From UHGV virus genome UHGV-0076294: a DNA stretch of 64,000 nucleotides; one strand, 5' to 3'. Origin of the DNA: a virus. The translations under genes were made by a program, and so were the position numbers. This document shows, piece after piece, positions 54,977-64,000 of the stretch; within the stretch, counting starts at the first letter, position 1, and each line of letters starts with the position of its first letter. The notes under the pieces were generated by a model. It was given only the letters and a program-made list of their open reading frames with translations. It ran no database searches and was not told the DNA's origin.

Positions 54977-55722
54977 TTTGCCTTCAGCGCTTTCAGGCGT
55001 TCAGCCGTCACGTTCAGACATTCAATCAATTCGTTCACCTGTTTCATGAACAAACCAAACAGTTCAACCCAATCGGATGCAAAGTCTAACATCGCTGTCA
55101 GTTCTTTTGCCACGTTAGGATGAATGTTTTGTTCAGACAGAATCGTTGCAGAGGCTTTAATAGACTCGATGGATTTGTCGATGTTCGTACGAAGTTTCTT
55201 CGTGATTTCAACGTTCAGTGCTTTTGCACGGTTAAACGCAATATCGATCTCCGTAGCACTGTGGTACGTTTTCTCAATCGGACGCTGGTCAATAACGTTG
55301 TTGATGTAAGACTTAGCCAACTGGTTAACCAGGTCTTTCGGATTCACGTTACGTAACGGAATGTTAACGTTTTTATAACGGAAACCGATAGGTAATGACA
55401 GTACGCCCACATCATGTGTAAGGGCGGAAAGTTGCAACTCAACAGGTAAAAGGACACCGTCGTAGATCTTCTGTAATGAACTCCATACCGATTCTAAGCG
55501 GTTAATGTGATCCATTACGTAGGTATTGAAGCCTGGCGGTACAATAACCAACATGCCTGCAAAGTGTAAGAATTTTTCCTGTTGCATCCACTTGGAAACG
55601 TCTGACATGTCGTCGTAAGTGGTTAATGCAATCTCTTGTTGAGGGCCACTGAACCCTTTGGGTAAGATTGCAGACGCTTTAGCGGCAAAGCTAGTTAACG
55701 CTGCAAGTGGATTTACGTTCAT
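54967..55722 (-). CDS. Hypothetical protein
   Basis: Minus-strand ORF bracketed by bidirectional terminator. Confidence 0.5.
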   Translation of the reverse strand: MNVNPLAALTSFAAKASAILPKGFSGPQQEIALTTYDDMSDVSKWMQQEKFLHFAGMLVIVPPGFNTYVMDHINRLESVWSSLQKIYDGVLLPVELQLSALTHDVGVLSLPIGFRYKNVNIPLRNVNPKDLVNQLAKSYINNVIDQRPIEKTYHSATEIDIAFNRAKALNVEITKKLRTNIDKSIESIKASATILSEQNIHPNVAKELTAMLDFASDWVELFGLFMKQVNELIECLNVTAERLKALKANKK

Positions 55723-55819
55723 TTAAAACCTCGGATTATAAGTCAGGGTTACATAGTAAAGTCTTTTTACAGTTCATCCTGAACTTATGACCGAGATTAT
55801 CTCATAAAGGTAAAGCTCG

Positions 55820-56119
55820 ATGAAAATCAAATTACTGACTCGAAACACCACGCCTCGTCTGGAACCGGAAATCTATCTTACCCCGGTGAAAAAAGACAAA
55901 GAAGGTAAGCCTATTCAAGTAGGTAAGATTCTTAGCGTGACCTCTTTACCTAACGGTAAGCGCGTGATGGAATTAGAAATCGACGAGCGCAACAAACGTC
56001 GTTTCGAGTCTATTGAGAACCCCTATCCTGAAAAATCGGAAGAAGTCACCGAGTGGGTAGAGACCTACTTTGAATTCTGGCACAAACGCCGTCTTCTTCT
56101 TCCGACCAAGAATCGTTAA
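55820..56119 (+). CDS. Hypothetical protein
   Basis: SD aaaggtaaag; basic C-terminus. Confidence 0.45.
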   Translation: MKIKLLTRNTTPRLEPEIYLTPVKKDKEGKPIQVGKILSVTSLPNGKRVMELEIDERNKRRFESIENPYPEKSEEVTEWVETYFEFWHKRRLLLPTKNR

Positions 56120-56134
56120 TTATTGGAGCGCTAA

Positions 56135-57631
56135 ATGGCAGGCCCAACTAAGCAAGTTATCGGTGAAGTAATTCGTCCTCGTTTTAACGTTTATACCATC
56201 ATGGACCACGCCTTAGGCAACTACGAAAGAGGCGAAGATGGTTTATACTACCTTAACGGTGGTTTTGCCCACATCATGGGTTTCGCGGGTCGTGGTAACA
56301 CCTTCAAATCCACACTGTTGGATTTCTGTATCTTCCAAATCCTACAACGCTATAAAGCAGAGTGGGGTTCGAAATACGATACCGAAGTGTCTGCTGCCCT
56401 CGATCGCTTAGAGACCGGTTATATTTCTGCCATGCACGCCAACGGTATTGACGATGGAACTTCGGTACTGGAACTTATTCACGAAGGTCGTTATAACCTC
56501 GTTGGTTCTGACGTGATGCCAGGGGAACAATATTACAGTGACTATATTCGTGATGAAGTGGAAAAACGCTTCAAGCAGTATATGTCTGGTAAAACGCGTG
56601 TAACGCCGTTCCTCGACCCGGTTCGTCGTAAGCAAAAAGAAATCCTTGACCCGTGGCTGTATTCTATCGACTCCCTGTCGGAGTGGCACTCGTCTTCTCT
56701 GGAAGACAAGCACGCTAAAACGGATATCGGTGATTCCGATCAGAACATCCTCAACGCCCACGACGCCTTACAGAAATCGAACATGATGAGCCGTTGGCCG
56801 TCTGCGTTTGCCCGTGGTGGTTTCTACATGGGCTTTGTTGCACAGATGGCCGATGACTCCGGTAAGGCGATGGCAGGCGGTCGTCAAGGACAGAAAGCAA
56901 ATGCGAAACTGCTGGACGATGCGAACGACGATCTCAAATTCGCAGGGATTCCTCGTCGTCAGTTAAGCTTCCTGACTAACTCGTTTATTGTTGCGACAAA
57001 ATCAGGCGAGCTGAAAAAAGACCAGAGTTATAACGCCCAGACCGGTGTTAACGAAGAACTTTACCCAACCGCACGTTCAAAAGCCATGAACGCGTCGGTT
57101 AACGACCTGAAAGTTATCACCTTTACGCAGTACCGTGCTAAAGGCGGTCACACAGGCGTGAAGTTCCAGATGATCTTCTCGCAAGAGATGGGTCTACTGT
57201 ATCACCTGAGCCTGTGGCACTACCTGAGTGATACCCTGAAAAAATCCGAATTTGGATTTACATCCAGCGGTAGCGGTGGTTCCATTAAAGAACTCCAGAT
57301 TCTGCCTGGTGTTAAATTCCAGCGTACGACGATTCGCGACATGATCGACGATAACCCGAAACTGCGTCGGGCATTAGAAATCACGGCCGCGATTGCGTAC
57401 ATGCAGAACAACTACCATCGTTTAGAGGTTAAATACCACCTCACGATGGAAGAAATCTACAAACTCATTGATGAAAAATGGGATTGGAATGAGATTCTGG
57501 AGAACACCGTAGAATACTGGATGTTTAAAGACCAAGAAACGAAAGGTGGTAAACGTACGTTAACTGCCCGTACGATTCTGGGTATGGCCGTGGACGGCCT
57601 GGAACCGAAGTTCCTCACCAAAAAGAAATAA
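56135..57631 (+). CDS. ATPase candidate with RecA/UvsX-like Walker motifs (recombinase-like, uncertain)
   Basis: GFAGRGNTFKST resembles the UvsX-type P-loop (G....FKS) and LYSIDSL a RecA-type Walker B; length (498 aa) atypical. Confidence 0.3.
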   Translation: MAGPTKQVIGEVIRPRFNVYTIMDHALGNYERGEDGLYYLNGGFAHIMGFAGRGNTFKSTLLDFCIFQILQRYKAEWGSKYDTEVSAALDRLETGYISAMHANGIDDGTSVLELIHEGRYNLVGSDVMPGEQYYSDYIRDEVEKRFKQYMSGKTRVTPFLDPVRRKQKEILDPWLYSIDSLSEWHSSSLEDKHAKTDIGDSDQNILNAHDALQKSNMMSRWPSAFARGGFYMGFVAQMADDSGKAMAGGRQGQKANAKLLDDANDDLKFAGIPRRQLSFLTNSFIVATKSGELKKDQSYNAQTGVNEELYPTARSKAMNASVNDLKVITFTQYRAKGGHTGVKFQMIFSQEMGLLYHLSLWHYLSDTLKKSEFGFTSSGSGGSIKELQILPGVKFQRTTIRDMIDDNPKLRRALEITAAIAYMQNNYHRLEVKYHLTMEEIYKLIDEKWDWNEILENTVEYWMFKDQETKGGKRTLTARTILGMAVDGLEPKFLTKKK

Positions 57632-57636
57632 AGTCG

Positions 57637-57663
57637 TTAGGGTAGGGTAATCCCCTACCCTAG
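57637..57663 (+). other. GC-rich hairpin (weak terminator or RNA processing site)
   Basis: tagggtaggg-taat-cccctaccct, no clear U-tract. Confidence 0.35.
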
Positions 57664-57676
57664 CTAAGGAGTCGTT

Positions 57677-57976
57677 ATGCGTTATCAAACGGAGATTGTG
57701 GAGCGCTTAAGCGAAGGTTTAGCCAGCGTCAGTCTGGAAACAGCAGCGGCATTTCGTGAGACTTTCGCTACTTTCTTTCCCGATCGTGAATCTTTTTGTT
57801 TAAAGGTCGGTGAATATTATTCCAAGTTACTCGAACACTACGGTTACCCGCCGGTGAAATTCGACGTACCTGAAAACACCGACGACATCAGTTATTGGAT
57901 TGAAACCCTCGAAGCAGGGACACTTTCCAACTTGCGTAAGGCGGTAGAAAATGAGACTCGATCCAGCGCGGCGTAA
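57677..57976 (+). CDS. Hypothetical protein
   Basis: SD aaggag. Confidence 0.5.
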   Translation: MRYQTEIVERLSEGLASVSLETAAAFRETFATFFPDRESFCLKVGEYYSKLLEHYGYPPVKFDVPENTDDISYWIETLEAGTLSNLRKAVENETRSSAA

Positions 57977-58619
57977 AAAAGCAGAAGCTTACGCCTTACA
58001 AATCTTAAACCTGGTTGACCCCTCTGGGATTAATGCAGAGGCAGCAAAGAAAGCTTTTGCTCGAATGACAGACGAACAGTTTAATCGTCTTCGTGAAGGG
58101 CTACCGATTTACAACCCGGTTGGCAGCAAAGTTAAAATAGACCACATGCGAAACGTTGAGCTATGTCGTGTTTTAGGTTTGAACCTGGAACAGCGGTTGT
58201 GGTTAACTGAGCCGAAAACGGGTGTTTTCCATCGTACCCGCTACCCACATCTGGTATTGCGCTTGCCTGCGCGTCGTCAAACGCAGATGCAAGAAAAGAA
58301 AATGGCAGTAGCGAAGAACGACAAAGTTCGTGATAAACTCTCCGGTCAAGTTGTTGGTCCTTCTAAAGCATCTGGTGTATCTTTCCCAGAAGCGTACATC
58401 ATGTACTCCGATGGTCACGACTGGACACTGAAAGAGTTTCTGTGGGCGCGTGGGGGTAACGAAGCTTTACAACGTGCGTTCTATCAATCGTTACGTCAAA
58501 CCGGTAAGGGACGTATTGACCTGCCGGGAGCAGAACGTACCAGTTCGAAAGCAACACGTACCTGGTCTGCGTATCTGAAAGCGATGCACATTGGTAACAA
58601 CATAGGCCATCCGTCATGA
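57951..58619 (+). CDS. Hypothetical protein
   Basis: Overlaps previous gene; basic protein. Confidence 0.45.
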   Translation: MRLDPARRKKAEAYALQILNLVDPSGINAEAAKKAFARMTDEQFNRLREGLPIYNPVGSKVKIDHMRNVELCRVLGLNLEQRLWLTEPKTGVFHRTRYPHLVLRLPARRQTQMQEKKMAVAKNDKVRDKLSGQVVGPSKASGVSFPEAYIMYSDGHDWTLKEFLWARGGNEALQRAFYQSLRQTGKGRIDLPGAERTSSKATRTWSAYLKAMHIGNNIGHPS

Positions 58620-59338
58620 GATTTTCTCGACGTTTTTTGATTGATATCGATGCGTTGTTTGACACCCGAATCGGTTGGGTCAAAGCCATCAAACCTGAAA
58701 GATTGGAAATTATGGATTACGACGTTTATCGTCGTCGTTTTACGGAGGAATGGGCGACTGTCTTGGGGTTTGAGAATTGGAAAGAGGAATATCAGAAACG
58801 TGATAAACGCGCGTTAATGAATGCGGAACCCACCGAACTGTTGTTGACGATGAAGAACGAGTTCGAATGTATGTTACTCGAAATCGAGATGCATTCGCCT
58901 ATCGAAAAACCGACGCTGACAATTAACACCTGGCCGTATACTGATCTTACTGACCAAGAAATGCAAACGTTCTTGCAGATGTTCCGTATCTATTACGATA
59001 TGGTGCAGGTTGAGTTAGTGTCGTGGCCGCATTCGGAACTTACGCCGGGTCGTTTAGCGACAGCTTGGGATTGTTGGATAATGTACGATTGGTTCGCTTG
59101 GATTGAACTCAATGCGAAACATCTGAAAAAGCCTATCCCTAGCTTTACCATTACGCACCCTGCCCTGCTAACGCCGGAACTTACAAAAGAGACGGTAGAG
59201 CAGCTTAAACGCGATGGTGTGAATCCGTTCAAGGAACACATCCGGTTTATGGCAGAGTGGGTCGGTGTCGACCCACGTGATTCTGCGCTATTTAGTCTGG
59301 CTCGTCCGAAGAAGGACGCGCAAACGCCGCAGTCATAA
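58616..59338 (+). CDS. Hypothetical protein
   Basis: ATGA overlap with previous stop. Confidence 0.5.
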   Translation: MRFSRRFLIDIDALFDTRIGWVKAIKPERLEIMDYDVYRRRFTEEWATVLGFENWKEEYQKRDKRALMNAEPTELLLTMKNEFECMLLEIEMHSPIEKPTLTINTWPYTDLTDQEMQTFLQMFRIYYDMVQVELVSWPHSELTPGRLATAWDCWIMYDWFAWIELNAKHLKKPIPSFTITHPALLTPELTKETVEQLKRDGVNPFKEHIRFMAEWVGVDPRDSALFSLARPKKDAQTPQS

Positions 59339-59756
59339 TGGACTTCACGTCAATTTGTTCGCCAACCGGAGCCAACTCCCCTTCCGAGATTTCTACGTTA
59401 GGAATGTCTGGAAGGGTGGGTTGGTAACCATTATTTTCATCAAGTTCTTCATCGTGACGTTTTATTTTCACGTTACCGCGTTGCATCAGAATTGTATTCA
59501 GTGCGTTAGCCAAGTCTTGGTTCGCTTCACTGTTTTTCTGGGCAGCGGCAACACGACGTTTAGAAATGATCTGCTTATCTAGGTCGTTTAATAACGTCCC
59601 GATACGATCCACAGTCTTTAAGTCTTTGTGAGCATTAGGATCGTCTAAGATTAGATTGACGATTCTGACACGGGCTTGTTGCGTTTGGCGGAGAAGCGAT
59701 TCTTCGTCGTCTACTTCACCATCTAACGCCTGGTATTTCACTTCTTCTTCAGCCAT
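59292..59756 (-). CDS. Hypothetical protein
   Basis: Minus-strand ORF convergent with 58616-59338, overlapping 3' ends. Confidence 0.45.
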   Translation of the reverse strand: MAEEEVKYQALDGEVDDEESLLRQTQQARVRIVNLILDDPNAHKDLKTVDRIGTLLNDLDKQIISKRRVAAAQKNSEANQDLANALNTILMQRGNVKIKRHDEELDENNGYQPTLPDIPNVEISEGELAPVGEQIDVKSIMTAAFARPSSDEPD

Positions 59757-59787
59757 TTAAAACCACCTCATTTTCAAAAAGAAGTCA

Positions 59788-59808
59788 GACAGATATTATT
59801 TACGTGAG
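59788..59808 (+). promoter_or_regulatory. AGATATTAT-type motif (candidate promoter)
   Basis: cAGACAGATATTATTTACGTGAG upstream of 59829 gene. Confidence 0.3.
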
Positions 59809-59828
59809 ACATTCTTTCGGAGTGAATT

Positions 59829-60377
59829 ATGTTTACAGGATTAATAACACGTTTTAAGAAACGTCTACAGCAAAAGCGTTTACAGGCTCTCAGAGAGTCT
59901 CTAAGGCAGGAGTTTCATAAGAACATCCATAACCCCTGCGCGAGAACGTTTAGCGGCTTACGGTTGCTTACGTTGCCTATAAACGTAGATACCGAACCCT
60001 ACCACCCCAGCTTACGTGGTAATCTCGAGTTACGTATCGCTAATCTCGATATTCTTTACCAACGTCTTGCTTTTTATATCAACGAATACCAACGCACGAT
60101 TAATGGAACCTCTATCGAGTGGTTATCATTGCCAGAGTCGTTAAGTAAACAAAAAGACTCATCGGAAAACCGCTGGTTAGACACTTATTTTGGGACGTCC
60201 AATCCGGCGGTTGCCTATTATAAGCTAACGCAGTTACTCGAGCTTATCGAACCTTACGAAGATATTTTCTTAAAGCCCAAGACCGATGAAGATCGGGCAT
60301 TGGTAAATCACTGTGCACATTTGTTTCGTGAAATGGAGGTACTCATCGAACACTACCTTTTAAACCGACCTGTTTAA
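59829..60377 (+). CDS. Hypothetical protein
   Basis: Preceded by conserved AGATATTAT motif and SD ggag. Confidence 0.5.
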   Translation: MFTGLITRFKKRLQQKRLQALRESLRQEFHKNIHNPCARTFSGLRLLTLPINVDTEPYHPSLRGNLELRIANLDILYQRLAFYINEYQRTINGTSIEWLSLPESLSKQKDSSENRWLDTYFGTSNPAVAYYKLTQLLELIEPYEDIFLKPKTDEDRALVNHCAHLFREMEVLIEHYLLNRPV

Positions 60378-60410
60378 TAATCAGTTAACCCCTTGTAACA
60401 AGGTGAAGTG

Positions 60411-61223
60411 ATGGATAACGAAGCAAAAGCAAAACTGCAACGAGACGAAGAAGAACGTGCGGGTAAACCGTTGCAAAAACTTTACTGGGAATATAAAACT
60501 CAGATTGGGTGGGAACCTAAAGATTATAAGCTTGCAGTTGCAAGACACATCCTGTCCCCTGATTTCCGCACACGTTCGAAGGCCGTTCTCGAAGATCGAG
60601 TACAACGCATCTCAACGAAACTTACCTCAGGTAACAACCGTGACTTACCAGTTGACCTCACGTGGCGAGGTTTCACGGAAGGGTTAGTGATTACCGGGGT
60701 GGAATCGTTGAGAATCTGTATAACGACTTACCGTGGACGTTTCCAGACAAAAACCATTTCTGAAGTCACCACACGAGTGCGTGACGATCTTATCCGCTAC
60801 GATTTTGAAGACTGTAACGAGAAACCGACGGCCAGTGCTAGTACGGAACTGAATCGTTTCTTCCGAGATTGTGCGGGGACAGCAAAGACGATGGAGCACC
60901 CCCTTTCGAGACTCCTGTGGACAATCTTTGCGAATATCAAAATGACTTCGGATTGGTGGCATCGACTTTCAACGAACTATGTTAATAATCCAGAGAACTG
61001 TCTTCCTATCGCTTCTAAACGCAATGACATGCGGCACAATATGCAGCACAACATGCGACTGAAAAAGAAGCTGTCTTGGAAATGGTTTATGAGGATACTC
61101 AAGGCGATTGATGTGAAGAAATTCGATATTCTGTTGACGTTAAAACGCAAAAACGACAACAAGATTTACGAAGTCGTTCACACGGTTGACCTCGAGGCTT
61201 ATCAATTTCGGAGTACAGAATGA
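60411..61223 (+). CDS. Hypothetical protein
   Basis: SD aaggtgaa before ATG 60411. Confidence 0.5.
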   Translation: MDNEAKAKLQRDEEERAGKPLQKLYWEYKTQIGWEPKDYKLAVARHILSPDFRTRSKAVLEDRVQRISTKLTSGNNRDLPVDLTWRGFTEGLVITGVESLRICITTYRGRFQTKTISEVTTRVRDDLIRYDFEDCNEKPTASASTELNRFFRDCAGTAKTMEHPLSRLLWTIFANIKMTSDWWHRLSTNYVNNPENCLPIASKRNDMRHNMQHNMRLKKKLSWKWFMRILKAIDVKKFDILLTLKRKNDNKIYEVVHTVDLEAYQFRSTE

Positions 61224-62494
61224 AACTCGATCAGATAACCGGCCAGATTAACAAAGGTCAATCGGCTATCGACAACTCGGTTAATACCGCGAAGAATGCG
61301 GTTAACCGAGTACAGTCTACGGTAGAGAACGCCGAACGTGGCATTCAGAATACCGTAGATAAAGTCAGCCAGCTTTCCGATCGTGCCGGTGAAACCTTTA
61401 ACAAACTCATCAGCGGTGGAAGTGAACTGACCTCAAAAATCGGTAACCTATTCGGCGGTAGTGACATTGCCAGCGTGGGGGGTACCAAAACAGCAGGCAG
61501 CTCCACCTCCGGTGTTTCCCCAGGACAAAAAGTTCCTGGGTTTGCTTCTAACACTAAAGAGACACTACCTGTTCTCGATCCGCAGAAGCGTGATGTTTCA
61601 GAACCTTTCAAAAAGGTTAATGAGGAAGGGCTTAAAGCACTAGGGTATCTGTCACCCGGTGACTCAGGAAGTTTACTGGGCAAAGGTTGGGACAGCATTT
61701 CGTCGCTGAGTGATTCTCTTCTATCAGGAATTGGTACTGACTTCTCCTCCGTGAAGAAGCGTCTCGAAGGAACGCTGAATATCGCAGGTCAACTGGCTAA
61801 GCTTCCTTCAGAAATCAGTCATGAAGTCAACAACTTTATGTCTGAAGTCAACAGTATGCGTTACCAGATAACCTCGGTTATTGATGACGTACAACACACG
61901 TTTGACAGCTATAAAGACCTTGACGATTTCTTAGCCATCGACAACTTGATTAACAGTTTCAAAGGCAGCGACAGTTTTTCAGCGTTAGACATTAACACGT
62001 CGTCTGCTTTGATCTACGGTCTGTCTACGAAACTTAACAGTTACGGATTGCCTGCAAAAATCGACCCGATGATTCAGGCTATCAGTGACGATCAAGCAAA
62101 AGAGGCGCTTTACGGGGAGCTGATGATTCAAGCTGCTGCTACCGGTAACTTGGACTCAACAGAATATTACCTGAACAAACTTCAGGAAGGTCAGGGCAAA
62201 CAGATTGCGGAAACCGTGATTCAAAACATCATGGCTAACTTGCGTGTGGAAACCGGTACGAGTTTTAGTACGTACGGTACACGAATGTTAGCATTATTTA
62301 AAGCACTTGATGCCAAATGGGATAAAACGAAAAACGTTACTCCTGAAACTACCGAACTGAAACTTTATACTTACGCAGGCGCTAACGCGATACAAGCGCT
62401 GATGACCACCGAAAAACGTAACTACGTTTTAGCGGCAGGTAGTGTAAGTTATCAGTCTACCGATGAAATCGTGGAAGACTACTTTGCAATCTAA
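61220..62494 (+). CDS. Hypothetical protein (Ser/Gly-rich, possible virion internal protein)
   Basis: ATGA overlap; low-complexity S/G/T-rich segments. Confidence 0.5.
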   Translation: MKLDQITGQINKGQSAIDNSVNTAKNAVNRVQSTVENAERGIQNTVDKVSQLSDRAGETFNKLISGGSELTSKIGNLFGGSDIASVGGTKTAGSSTSGVSPGQKVPGFASNTKETLPVLDPQKRDVSEPFKKVNEEGLKALGYLSPGDSGSLLGKGWDSISSLSDSLLSGIGTDFSSVKKRLEGTLNIAGQLAKLPSEISHEVNNFMSEVNSMRYQITSVIDDVQHTFDSYKDLDDFLAIDNLINSFKGSDSFSALDINTSSALIYGLSTKLNSYGLPAKIDPMIQAISDDQAKEALYGELMIQAAATGNLDSTEYYLNKLQEGQGKQIAETVIQNIMANLRVETGTSFSTYGTRMLALFKALDAKWDKTKNVTPETTELKLYTYAGANAIQALMTTEKRNYVLAAGSVSYQSTDEIVEDYFAI

Positions 62495-62504
62495 GAGGCC
62501 GGAT

Positions 62505-63326
62505 ATGTCCGAACCACAATTACTGCGCTCCGTATTAAAGAAAATCAAAAGTCAAAGTGAAGACATTCAATCACTGGCTTTAACGCTCGGTTATGCGCCG
62601 GGTGACTTACGTTCTAAATCCTACGTGAACGCGTCAAGCATTGTACTCACGCCTGATGAGCTCCTTGCTTATGTCCTATACCTGAGACGGTTAGGCTATG
62701 TTTGTGCTTTACCTGAACAACTCCCGTTTACCGATGGGGTGAACCACATCAACTTTTACTCCAACGGTCGTACTACCGTGGGTAAGATGATCAGTAACTT
62801 CTACGCGAAACCTGACGGGTCAAAATTCGACACGATACACGGTCAGTTCCTGACGTTAGAAGGTTACTATCACTACTTGCGTATCGTTGACTACATGTTA
62901 CACATGGGTTACTCGATTAAAACGATGGGACGTCTGGAGACTGAATTTCCTGATATTCTTCGTTTACGTACGTTAACGGGTGCTGAGTGTATTCAGTTAG
63001 GTCGTCGATTAAAAGCGGCAATTTACGGGAAAACGGATTACCGTCCCGGTGAGTTTAGTAGCTACGCGACTGGCGCATTTAAGAATGCGCTGCTGCGTAA
63101 GTTGCACCTGTTGCAATACGACGGGTCTTGTTTAGGTAATACCCTGTCTTACTGCCATTCGATGAATCTTCCGTTCTTGCATTATTACGTCATGAACGGT
63201 CGGGTGATTACACCACCACATTCTGAATGGCTTCCTAATCTGGTGGTTTCTATTGTTGAAAACATCGACTATAACGACTCGACGTTCGATATTACGGACG
63301 TCAGTGAACGTATGGGATTAATCTAA
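62505..63326 (+). CDS. Hypothetical protein
   Basis: SD aagagg before ATG 62505; ORF-track start 62463 lies within previous gene. Confidence 0.5.
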   Translation: MSEPQLLRSVLKKIKSQSEDIQSLALTLGYAPGDLRSKSYVNASSIVLTPDELLAYVLYLRRLGYVCALPEQLPFTDGVNHINFYSNGRTTVGKMISNFYAKPDGSKFDTIHGQFLTLEGYYHYLRIVDYMLHMGYSIKTMGRLETEFPDILRLRTLTGAECIQLGRRLKAAIYGKTDYRPGEFSSYATGAFKNALLRKLHLLQYDGSCLGNTLSYCHSMNLPFLHYYVMNGRVITPPHSEWLPNLVVSIVENIDYNDSTFDITDVSERMGLI

Positions 63327-63985
63327 TGGGATTGTTCGATACCCTAGCGCGGCTGGATAAAGCGCAGGAAGAAGAAATCATTCGTGTTGCTGGTGAGTCC
63401 ATTAAACACGAAGTCGAAAAGGAATACTGCGTTTGGGTAAAACCTACGCAAGCGGGATGGGATTGGCTCCACGCACAAGAAGCCAAGATGTTCATGGACA
63501 TTCTCATGCCGATAGAAGGTGGGCGTCGTCGTATCCGTATTAAAGAAGACGGTACGGCACAGCTAACGCTTAAGCGTAAGTTCCAGGACGGAAAGGTTGA
63601 AGAGAATTCGGATATCGGTATTAGTTCCGCACTCTCTTTTTACAAAGACGGTTATTTGGCACACCTGGTGAAACGTATTCACTTAGAGCCGGGTGAATTA
63701 GCCGAGAAAGGGGCTAAGCATTGGGATATTGATATTTTCACTATCACCACCGGACACCCTGCCATTGAAGTTTCAGCTGACTTTAACGATCTCATCACCG
63801 AGATGCGTAGTAGCACCAGCGTTGGTGACTGGGTGAAAGTTGAACTGGAAGTCGAACGTTACGAGATTGCAGATGTGCTGTCTGTAATTCCGTTTGAGTT
63901 TGACGGCCATATTCCGGCTACGCCGAAAGATCCTGAAGACCAAGAATATCTTCGTGATTACTGGGATTCAGTTACCCGTATGTAA
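63326..63985 (+). CDS. Hypothetical protein
   Basis: TAATG stop/start overlap. Confidence 0.5.
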   Translation: MGLFDTLARLDKAQEEEIIRVAGESIKHEVEKEYCVWVKPTQAGWDWLHAQEAKMFMDILMPIEGGRRRIRIKEDGTAQLTLKRKFQDGKVEENSDIGISSALSFYKDGYLAHLVKRIHLEPGELAEKGAKHWDIDIFTITTGHPAIEVSADFNDLITEMRSSTSVGDWVKVELEVERYEIADVLSVIPFEFDGHIPATPKDPEDQEYLRDYWDSVTRM

Positions 63986-64000
63986 CACCTACCCTACTCC

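Noticed and set aside
62463-62504. ORF-track start at 62463
   Set aside because: Lies inside the preceding gene; ATG at 62505 is preceded by SD aagagg.
1-64000. Prophage or mobile-element boundaries (integrase, transposase, att-like repeats, flanking tRNA)
   Set aside because: No recombinase or transposase motifs seen in any frame; gene content and organisation are those of a lytic phage segment throughout the window.

Overview
The window reads as a contiguous piece of a large virulent tailed-phage genome. Genes are densely packed with Shine-Dalgarno-led starts and frequent start/stop overlaps, and many GC-rich hairpin terminators are present. I found no integrase, transposase, rRNA, tRNA or CRISPR array. 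All domain calls below come from motifs recognised by eye; no database search was run, and coordinates of features read directly from the sequence (hairpins, motifs, small ORFs) may be off by 1-2 nt.

Layout, left to right:
- 152-2617: lysis-type module (GH108-like muramidase, DUF1353-like protein, M15-like peptidase, lipoprotein).
- 2758-3870: two paralogous small proteins, each with its own terminator.
- 3942-10735, minus strand: three radical SAM enzymes (one SPASM-type, two paralogs) interleaved with three genes for proteins that have a conserved ~45-aa N-terminal leader-like region followed by a Cys/Gly/Ser/Thr core with Cys at 4-residue spacing.
- 10800-25863, minus strand: four large proteins (399-1727 aa) sharing an N-terminal module, most likely tail fibres or spikes.
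- 25931-63985, mostly plus strand: about 50 small or medium ORFs, including a Rad50/SbcC-like ATPase, GNAT, macro-domain-like protein, lytic transglycosylase, DEDDh exonuclease, RNase HI-domain protein, a RecA-like candidate, several tandem paralog families and five consecutive signal-peptide proteins.

The strongest candidate for a previously undescribed system is the radical SAM / Cys-rich cluster at 3942-10790, which looks like a phage-encoded RiPP-like or protein-crosslinking module sitting next to the tail-fibre genes. Within it, a C10 homopolymer sits at the 3' end of the third Cys-rich ORF; a 1-nt frame change there would fuse it to a ~170-codon downstream open frame. The two paralogous radical SAM genes also share three perfectly identical nucleotide blocks.
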